Shown here one piece after another: positions 57,840 through 64,000 of a stretch of DNA of 64,000 nt. Position numbers and translations under genes: made by a program. The notes below the pieces were generated by a model, which had not been told where the DNA came from, ran no database searches, and saw nothing but the letters and a program-made list of their open reading frames with translations. The DNA lies in the IMG/VR virus record IMGVR_UViG_3300025161_000004, positions 124,001 through 188,000 of that record; one strand, 5' to 3'. Numbering within the stretch: the first letter of the stretch is position 1; each line of letters starts with the position of its first letter.

Positions 57840-59421
57840 ATTCTAAAGATAATTTTTTATTTAAACTATTAAATAATGCATTCTTTATTTTTTTTAAGTA
57901 ACCATTATTTCTTAATATTTTAAATACGAGATTTTCTGTGGAAAATTCACCTTCGCTTTCTAATCCAGCTTTCCTATAATTTTTTAATTTTTCTTTTAAT
58001 GTGTTTAGTAAGCTAATTTTAATATCATTATCATCTAAACTTTCAAGATGATCAATTAGATTCATTAATGAAGCCGATTTTAGTTGTATGTCTGATGTGT
58101 CGATACCTATAACTTGCTTAATTGGTTTTTCAATCCATTGATCTTTTATTAGTGAATATACACCAGTACTATTTACATCTTCATTAATATCTTCAACATA
58201 AAGTTCAACATCATATCCTTTTACCTTTGCTTTTATTTTTGTTTCCCACAAACTCTTTTTCGTTTTGAATAATTCTCTAAGGGTATCTTCATCGGCATCT
58301 AATTCATTGAAATCAATTACAATATGAACATCTAAATCAGAAAAATCAGTCCAAGTGTAATTAGCCAAACTTCCAGTAAATCTAATATCTTTGATTGGTA
58401 ACTTTTCTAAGTTAAGAAACTTTATAAATTCTATAGCATTTTTTAGTAGAGCTGCCCTTACTTGAGGTTGTAATTTGTTTTCGTTTTTCCAAATCTTAGG
58501 ATTTAGTTGGTCTTTTACTTTGAGATATTCAACCCCAATACTTTTAGGGTCGACAATTTCATTCAAAATATCACTAACCTTTTTAGTTGACCAAAATTTA
58601 CATGACCAATATCTTGGTGTAGTTTTATCTGTGGCAGTATCACAGTTATGTCTTGCTCTAAATGATTTTCTTCTTTCTGGATCATCTCTTTTGATTTCCA
58701 TATTTGGATCACCAAAATTAACTTTCTTTATATTACCAGTTTTTTTATCTCTAACATAAACTTTATATTTTTTAACATCACCTCTCATTGGTTTATTGAG
58801 TGGTTTATTTTTTTTACTCTCAAAAACCTTAAGTGATGTTTGGTTTCTATTTTCCGATGCCCATTTTAAATAGTCTGGATTATTTTTTGCAAAGTCCATT
58901 TCCATTTTTTGCATTTTTTTTTCAGCATCTTTTATCCATTCAAAACTACCATAGTATTTGTATATTTCATTAGCTAATACTTCACTATCTGACGAGATTT
59001 TTTTATATTCTTTTTCTGAAAAATCTCCACCTTTTGACTGATTATACTTCATTATATTTTGTTGAAATTCAAGATCAATCCATTTATCAATCAAAGTATT
59101 TGTTTCTTCTGACACATCATAATCCTCAACAATATCATATAATTCATATTTTTCATCTAAATAATTCGATAAATACTCATTAATAAACTTACCGTATCTA
59201 AACAATTTTTTAGATGCCTCTTCATCAAAGTCCAAAATTTTATATGAAGTAAATAAATTAGATAGTGGTATACTTACTGGTAATGCTGCTTGTTTTCTCA
59301 GAGATTTAAATTTAATTTCCCTATTCTCACCTATCATCTCTTTAAGAAGAATTTCAGCCTCATTAAGTATTTCACCGATATTATTTAATCTACTACTTTG
59401 ATTTTTTTGCATAAAACGCAT
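57823..59421 (-). CDS. Multidomain protein with C-terminal Pol-beta-superfamily nucleotidyltransferase
   Basis: FTGSLANY...SDLDVH...DVELYVE; central KKVNFGDPNMEIKRDDPERRKSFRARHNC...YWSC domain; late motif at 59427-59434. Confidence 0.8.
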   Translation of the reverse strand: MRFMQKNQSSRLNNIGEILNEAEILLKEMIGENREIKFKSLRKQAALPVSIPLSNLFTSYKILDFDEEASKKLFRYGKFINEYLSNYLDEKYELYDIVEDYDVSEETNTLIDKWIDLEFQQNIMKYNQSKGGDFSEKEYKKISSDSEVLANEIYKYYGSFEWIKDAEKKMQKMEMDFAKNNPDYLKWASENRNQTSLKVFESKKNKPLNKPMRGDVKKYKVYVRDKKTGNIKKVNFGDPNMEIKRDDPERRKSFRARHNCDTATDKTTPRYWSCKFWSTKKVSDILNEIVDPKSIGVEYLKVKDQLNPKIWKNENKLQPQVRAALLKNAIEFIKFLNLEKLPIKDIRFTGSLANYTWTDFSDLDVHIVIDFNELDADEDTLRELFKTKKSLWETKIKAKVKGYDVELYVEDINEDVNSTGVYSLIKDQWIEKPIKQVIGIDTSDIQLKSASLMNLIDHLESLDDNDIKISLLNTLKEKLKNYRKAGLESEGEFSTENLVFKILRNNGYLKKIKNALFNSLNKKLSLEYENNN

Positions 59422-59476
59422 TTTTTATAAATACTTATAAAAGGACTATTAGTATTTATGTGAAACTAATATTTTA

Positions 59477-61453
59477 ATGGAATTAAAGTGTCTTAATGAT
59501 ATAATTCATAATGGTTTAGCGATTCACATTGATTTAACTAATTCAAAATCATGGGATCTCAATAATAAATTTACATTAATTAGTTTAAATCAATGGAAAA
59601 ATGCTAAATCGGATAACATATTTTTATATGATTTTGGTTTAACGGCATTTGATAATGGTAGAGTTTCTAATATGTATGATACTCTGTCACTAACTCCAAA
59701 CGATACCAAAGTTAAACTTTATAGAGTAGGTTATAACACTGAAACTGGTGGTACTTTCTATGATGGTTATGGTATAACTGGTGTGACAGAAAATGGATAT
59801 ATATATGGTTTAGAATTTACTGGTATTACTGCAAATACTACATTTACTGGCGATAGTTTTGTGGGTAGACATTTAAACCTTAATGGTGGTTATTTACAAG
59901 GATTTTTTAAATTATATAATTATAACTATGAGTTATTTCCATCAAGATTAAATGGCATTACAATTGAAACTGTTGTTAGAATTGATGAGAATTCATACTC
60001 TAATAATGGTATTTTGTTCATGATGGGAGCTAGATCAGAAGATAAATATAATGATCCATTTTCTGGTGAGACAATTCTTTTGTCCACCTATAAAACTAAA
60101 ACAGAAAAGAATGGAATTATTGAGTATCTTGATTCATATAATTCATATTCGGGAATAACTACTGGTGAAGCTAATTACTTAGCAGCATATAAAACTGGAA
60201 CTACGATACCTAATGGTGTTAAAAATTTGGATAATAAATATAATGAAATTTATATTAGACAGAAAAAAAATTCTATAAATGGTAATGTTATTGCTTTACA
60301 GTTAACTACAGATGGTTATCTTGGTTTTAAATATATCGATGACGATGGAATATTACATAACCAAATATCATCGAATAAAATTAGTACTGGTTGGACTATA
60401 ATCACATTAACATTTAAACCATATGAAATAATTACTAATCCAGATTTACTCGAATGTGCTGAAAAAAGAAAGGGAGATTTAGCTGTATATGTAAATGGTA
60501 GACTGTTCTGGAAAATTAAAGAGTTTGATGAATTCTATTTTAAAAATATTAAAAATCAAAAAGAAAAACAATTGGGTGTTCCATATAATATTTCTTGGGG
60601 TGGTGGTAGTTTTGGATTGAGACACTCATATCATTGGGATGTGAACAAGAGAATATTATATAATGGGAATGATCAGTCATATATTAACTCTAATTTTAAA
60701 TTAGATCTAAACCCATTAGTGGACTACTCGTGCATTACTACTACTGGAATGACTGGTACTTCAGCAACAACAGGAATACAACTTCTAATGAATGATACTC
60801 TATTCTATAGTATTGATATTTGTGATCCACAAATAGAACTACCAGTCACTGTATTGGAGATAAGAAATCTTACTGGAGTTACTCCGACTAAATCGAAATA
60901 TTATATTGAATTTATACCCTCATTTGAATTATTAAGTAATAGAGATTATGTTTTATCTGCTAAGATTTATGATACTGGAATATTCAGAAACACGAATAAC
61001 TCAACTCAATTACCAACAATGAATAAAATATCGTTAGTTGTTTATGGAACTACAGATATCAATGTACTTAATGAAGTGACTTATCGTGGTACAACCCCTA
61101 ATAAATGGTCTGATTTAAGTTTAAAGTTTAGATTAAAAGATAATACTGGTTTACAAACAATTTTTGTTGGGATATACATCGAATCAGATGAACCATTAGT
61201 AGATGGTTTTAGGTTATATATTGATGATTATACTTTAACGGGATCAGATAAATTATCAAAAGATTTATCCAAAAACGATTTACTAATAGAAAATAATTTT
61301 AGTAATTCATTTGTTGGTGGATTACAAAAATTAAGAATTTATGACTATGCATTTACATCGGAAGAAGCATTACATAATGCATATTGGGAATCAAAAAAGA
61401 ATCCAAATTTAAATTTAAATGTTGTTAAGGGAGGTAGAATAATATTTAGATAG
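59477..61453 (+). CDS. Structural protein with LamG/ConA-like beta-sandwich
   Basis: WTIITLTF...LAVYVNG...ISWGGG...GGLQKLRIYDYAFTSEE; late motif at 59452-59459. Confidence 0.65.
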   Translation: MELKCLNDIIHNGLAIHIDLTNSKSWDLNNKFTLISLNQWKNAKSDNIFLYDFGLTAFDNGRVSNMYDTLSLTPNDTKVKLYRVGYNTETGGTFYDGYGITGVTENGYIYGLEFTGITANTTFTGDSFVGRHLNLNGGYLQGFFKLYNYNYELFPSRLNGITIETVVRIDENSYSNNGILFMMGARSEDKYNDPFSGETILLSTYKTKTEKNGIIEYLDSYNSYSGITTGEANYLAAYKTGTTIPNGVKNLDNKYNEIYIRQKKNSINGNVIALQLTTDGYLGFKYIDDDGILHNQISSNKISTGWTIITLTFKPYEIITNPDLLECAEKRKGDLAVYVNGRLFWKIKEFDEFYFKNIKNQKEKQLGVPYNISWGGGSFGLRHSYHWDVNKRILYNGNDQSYINSNFKLDLNPLVDYSCITTTGMTGTSATTGIQLLMNDTLFYSIDICDPQIELPVTVLEIRNLTGVTPTKSKYYIEFIPSFELLSNRDYVLSAKIYDTGIFRNTNNSTQLPTMNKISLVVYGTTDINVLNEVTYRGTTPNKWSDLSLKFRLKDNTGLQTIFVGIYIESDEPLVDGFRLYIDDYTLTGSDKLSKDLSKNDLLIENNFSNSFVGGLQKLRIYDYAFTSEEALHNAYWESKKNPNLNLNVVKGGRIIFR

Positions 61454-61455
61454 TT

Positions 61456-61662
61456 ATGGCTGAACTAGAAGAAATATACTCGGGCTGGAAAAATTATATT
61501 TTCCCAAATAAAGAAACTGAAGAATTGGCTAAGAAAAGAATCAGTATATGCTTTTCTTGTACGAATTATAAACAAAAAATAAATAGATGTAATATTTGTG
61601 GATGCTTTATGCCAGCAAAGGTTAGATCAATAAATTCATCATGTCCACTAAAAAAGTGGTAA
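61456..61662 (+). CDS. Small Cys-rich (probable Zn-binding) protein
   Basis: CFSC...CNICGC...CPLKKW. Confidence 0.75.
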   Translation: MAELEEIYSGWKNYIFPNKETEELAKKRISICFSCTNYKQKINRCNICGCFMPAKVRSINSSCPLKKW

Positions 61663-61663
61663 T

Positions 61664-62074
61664 TTATTGAGCAAATACCACTAAAAATGTATCTTCAAGA
61701 AATTCTATTGAATGTGTTGTGTATTTTTTTACCTTAAAGGTTTCAAATGAATTTATTATGGTAGATGAATTTAAAAAATTTATCTTCATTTTTCCAAATA
61801 AACAAATGTATGATTCGTTAAATTCATGAACATGATTATCAATAACAGTGTCTTTTTTTATGTAGTAAACTTTTACCCTATCATCTTTATTTGGCATGTC
61901 ATTAATACATGTAAGATGAACTCCCTTATCCTTTAAAAAATCAAGTATTTTATGATATTCAGTCTCATGAATAATACTAAGTGCATTATTAATTTGATTG
62001 ATTAATAACGCTTCCTTTTTTTTTGATATTAATCTATTAGCCTTATCGATTGCTATCTCGAAAGACGGACTCAT
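61664..62074 (-). CDS. Cupin domain protein
   Basis: NHVHEFNESYICLFGKMKI...KYTTHSI; late motif at 62092-62099. Confidence 0.7.
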   Translation of the reverse strand: MSPSFEIAIDKANRLISKKKEALLINQINNALSIIHETEYHKILDFLKDKGVHLTCINDMPNKDDRVKVYYIKKDTVIDNHVHEFNESYICLFGKMKINFLNSSTIINSFETFKVKKYTTHSIEFLEDTFLVVFAQ

Positions 62075-62144
62075 TTTTTTTGTATTTTTTTATAAATACT
62101 ATAAATACGTCAAAAAATGAAAAAAATCATACATGATAATTACA

Positions 62145-62795
62145 TCAACCATAATTTATTAGTAATTTCTTAATAAATTTTCTTTTAAATATTGGTTTTA
62201 TCGTGAATTCGAAATTTTCTTTGGGTGGTGTTTCTACTATAAAGTAGTTTTTTTGATATCTATTTTTGAAAAAAGTATTCTCGGATATATCAGTTAATTC
62301 TAATACAAATAATTCATCTGAAGTAAGTTTTTTATTTAAAAAGTATTCATAATAATATTTTTTAATATTATCTATAATTACAATATAACCTGAGTATAAT
62401 GAAAAGTTGCTAACAATATTTCCATCAATATTGATTTTTGATTCAATTTCATCATATAATTTAGAATACGATAAAAATAAACTATCGAATATTTCCTTTC
62501 CAAATTCTGCTGTTTCTACTATGTCATTTAATGATGAATCATTTATTAATGATCTATATATAATTTTTTGTTCGATTACATCTAAACCTATAATTTCTTT
62601 TTTTCCATTTTCGAAAACATAAATATTATCTAAAAAAATGTCGATATAATTTTTATTAGCAATAATATCAATAAAATCAGGATAAAGTAATCTATGTCTG
62701 AATCGCTCTCTTTTCTCTTTTTCATAAGCAAGCAACAAATACTTCTTGTATTCAAAATCAATTGGGTTGTTTATAAGCCAACCTTTATTTAACAT
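62145..62795 (-). CDS. Hypothetical protein
   Basis: Late motif at 62811-62818. Confidence 0.7.
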   Translation of the reverse strand: MLNKGWLINNPIDFEYKKYLLLAYEKEKRERFRHRLLYPDFIDIIANKNYIDIFLDNIYVFENGKKEIIGLDVIEQKIIYRSLINDSSLNDIVETAEFGKEIFDSLFLSYSKLYDEIESKINIDGNIVSNFSLYSGYIVIIDNIKKYYYEYFLNKKLTSDELFVLELTDISENTFFKNRYQKNYFIVETPPKENFEFTIKPIFKRKFIKKLLINYG

Positions 62796-62855
62796 AGATA
62801 TAATTTAAATATAAATACTTGTTTGATATTTTTAAAGTATTTATTTTTGTTGTTT

Positions 62856-63344
62856 ATGGGTATAGTTAGGATTTTAATAATTACACTTATCTTAACCCTA
62901 ATAACAAACATATCTTTCTCACAATCGATTTCGAAAATTGAAACACCGCAATCAATTCCATTAAAAAATTATCAACACATGTATTATATTGAAGTTTTTA
63001 TTAATGGTAAAAGAGGAAATCTAATTATAGATACTGGAGCATCATTCACATTATTTGATATCACTCAATCAGAAGAATATGGTTTTAAACCAGTCTATAG
63101 TGATTTTGATTTAATTGGTCTTGGTGGCAGAAAAAAAAGATATCAACTAAAAAATTGTTATGTTGTTTATAAAGACTTTCCATTATTACTTAAGGCATAT
63201 GGTACAGATATGAGTGAATTAGTTAAATCATTTTCTGAACATGGTTTACATATTTTAGGTATAATTGGATCAGATTACTTTACAATGGCAAATGCAATAA
63301 TTGATTATAAAAACAAAAAATTATTATTAAATTGGAAAATGTAA
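62856..63344 (+). CDS. Secreted retropepsin-like aspartic protease
   Basis: LIIDTGAS and GIIGSDY motifs; signal peptide ending SFS-Q; start set at ATG 62856, after the late motif at 62837-62844. Confidence 0.85.
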   Translation: MGIVRILIITLILTLITNISFSQSISKIETPQSIPLKNYQHMYYIEVFINGKRGNLIIDTGASFTLFDITQSEEYGFKPVYSDFDLIGLGGRKKRYQLKNCYVVYKDFPLLLKAYGTDMSELVKSFSEHGLHILGIIGSDYFTMANAIIDYKNKKLLLNWKM

Positions 63345-63406
63345 TTTATATTAATTACGTACGCATAAAAATGTTGGAGTTTTGTTTTTTTATGTAAAAT
63401 TTTAAT

Positions 63407-63414
63407 TATATTTG
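63407..63414 (+). promoter_or_regulatory. Bacteroidetes -7 element TATATTTG
   Basis: Upstream of the 37-aa ORF; TTTG lies 22 nt upstream. Confidence 0.5.
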
Positions 63415-63441
63415 AAGCTACAAATTTTAATAAATTTAAAA

Positions 63442-63555
63442 ATGGCAAAGACACCACCGAAACCAACAGGTAATCGTATTATAGATTTAATTACTATTGT
63501 AAATAATTCAAGCTGGATTTCTAAAGTAAAAGCAGTTCTTCTATTAAAGAAATAG
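63442..63555 (+). CDS. Small hypothetical protein (37 aa)
   Basis: Not in track: MAKTPPKPTGNRIIDLITIVNNSSWISKVKAVLLLKK, with A-rich leader and promoter. Confidence 0.5.
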   Translation: MAKTPPKPTGNRIIDLITIVNNSSWISKVKAVLLLKK

Positions 63556-63629
63556 TAATTCTGCTCAGATTCGAACTGAGAACTTAACTTTCAGAGAGTT
63601 ATGTGTTTGACCAATTACACCACAGAATA
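63556..63629 (-). tRNA. tRNA-Gln(CTG)
   Basis: Cloverleaf folded by hand: anticodon arm TAACT-CTCTGAA-AGTTA, T-arm CTCAG-TTCGAAT-CTGAG. Confidence 0.85.
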
Positions 63630-63637
63630 ATATAAAG

Positions 63638-63709
63638 GGTGAAAGGTCGGTTACGATCCGACGACTCCATTTTCACAGAATGGTATGTTACCATTACACC
63701 ACAATCACC
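63638..63709 (-). tRNA. tRNA-His(GTG), atypical
   Basis: CCATT-CTGTGAA-AATGG, encoded G-1:C73; T-loop ATCGTAA and two U-U pairs in the acceptor stem. Confidence 0.75.
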
Positions 63710-63713
63710 ATAT

Positions 63714-63788
63714 TGGATGTCGTGGATGGACTTGAACCATCACTTTCAGAGTCAAAGTCTGAAGTACTATTCATTATACTACACGACA
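63714..63788 (-). tRNA. tRNA-Gln(TTG) with encoded CCA
   Basis: TCAGA-CTTTGAC-TCTGA, T-arm GATGG-TTCAAGT-CCATC, 7-bp acceptor stem. Confidence 0.85.
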
Positions 63789-63859
63789 ATATAGCTTTCA
63801 AAAAAATAATTCATATTTATCACTTCTACTTAAAGATATAACTCACATAATAAGTATTG

Positions 63860-63934
63860 TCGAGTAGGCTGGATTCGAACCAGCGACCTCTTGCTCCCAA
63901 AGCAAGTGCGTTGACCTGACTACGCTACTACTCG
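63860..63934 (-). tRNA. tRNA-Pro(TGG)
   Basis: CTTGC-TTTGGGA-GCAAG, canonical cloverleaf. Confidence 0.95.
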
Positions 63935-63976
63935 TTTTATCAAATCTCTATTGATTACACAAAATCAATATTTGTG

Positions 63977-64000
63977 TCGGGTAAGCAGGATTTGAACCTG
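63977..64000 (-). tRNA. 3' end of a further tRNA (truncated by window; isotype unknown)
   Basis: CAGG-TTCAAAT-CCTGC-TTACCCG-A: T-arm plus 3' acceptor strand. Confidence 0.75.

Noticed and set aside
17-62622. Many short antisense or overlapping ORFs in the track (e.g. 17-223, 1200-1424, 3681-4031, 4074-4487, 4851-5168, 5436-5771, 14830-15021, 15661-16032, 18341-18628, 27013-27435, 30609-30950, 35142-35471, 39785-40306, 48738-49046, 58475-58759)
   Set aside because: They lie opposite long recognisable genes, have shadow-like Ser/Ile/Leu/Phe composition and have no promoter or leader.
1-64000. Prophage in a bacterial chromosome, or a eukaryotic giant virus
   Set aside because: There are no integrase/att sites or host housekeeping blocks, and T4-like head plus contractile tail genes exclude NCLDV.

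Overview
This 64-kb window is the virion-morphogenesis region of a very AT-rich, T4-superfamily jumbo myovirus read in the standard genetic code. It is not a bacterial chromosome. Head genes include the major capsid protein, scaffold, prohead protease, portal, large terminase and gp13/gp14/gp15-like neck proteins. Tail genes include sheath, tube, tape measure, gp26/gp51-like chaperones, hub, spike, a gp53-like wedge protein and an SLT lysin. Metabolic and accessory genes are interspersed: phoH, dut, thyX, rmlC, a phenylalanine-4-hydroxylase, three glycosyltransferases, UvrD, an AAA ATPase, KTSC and a gp55-like sigma factor. A tRNA array begins at the right edge. TTTG/TTTA-N19-TAnnTTTG promoters, A-rich leaders without Shine-Dalgarno sites and a Bacteroidetes-style lipoprotein point to a Bacteroidetes host. 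The main observations are: (1) a likely set of head-packaged, protease-processed cargo proteins, including a nucleotidyltransferase fusion and an OmpA-like protein with a buried signal peptide; (2) a late-promoter motif, STATTTAT, that is the reverse complement of the T4 late promoter; (3) a -1 slippery site joining the gp26/gp51-like chaperones just upstream of the tape measure gene; (4) an intact phage PhhA; (5) two moron-like cassettes sharing a novel promoter; and (6) a structured non-coding gap with its own host-type promoter. All assignments come from reading motifs by eye; no database search was run.
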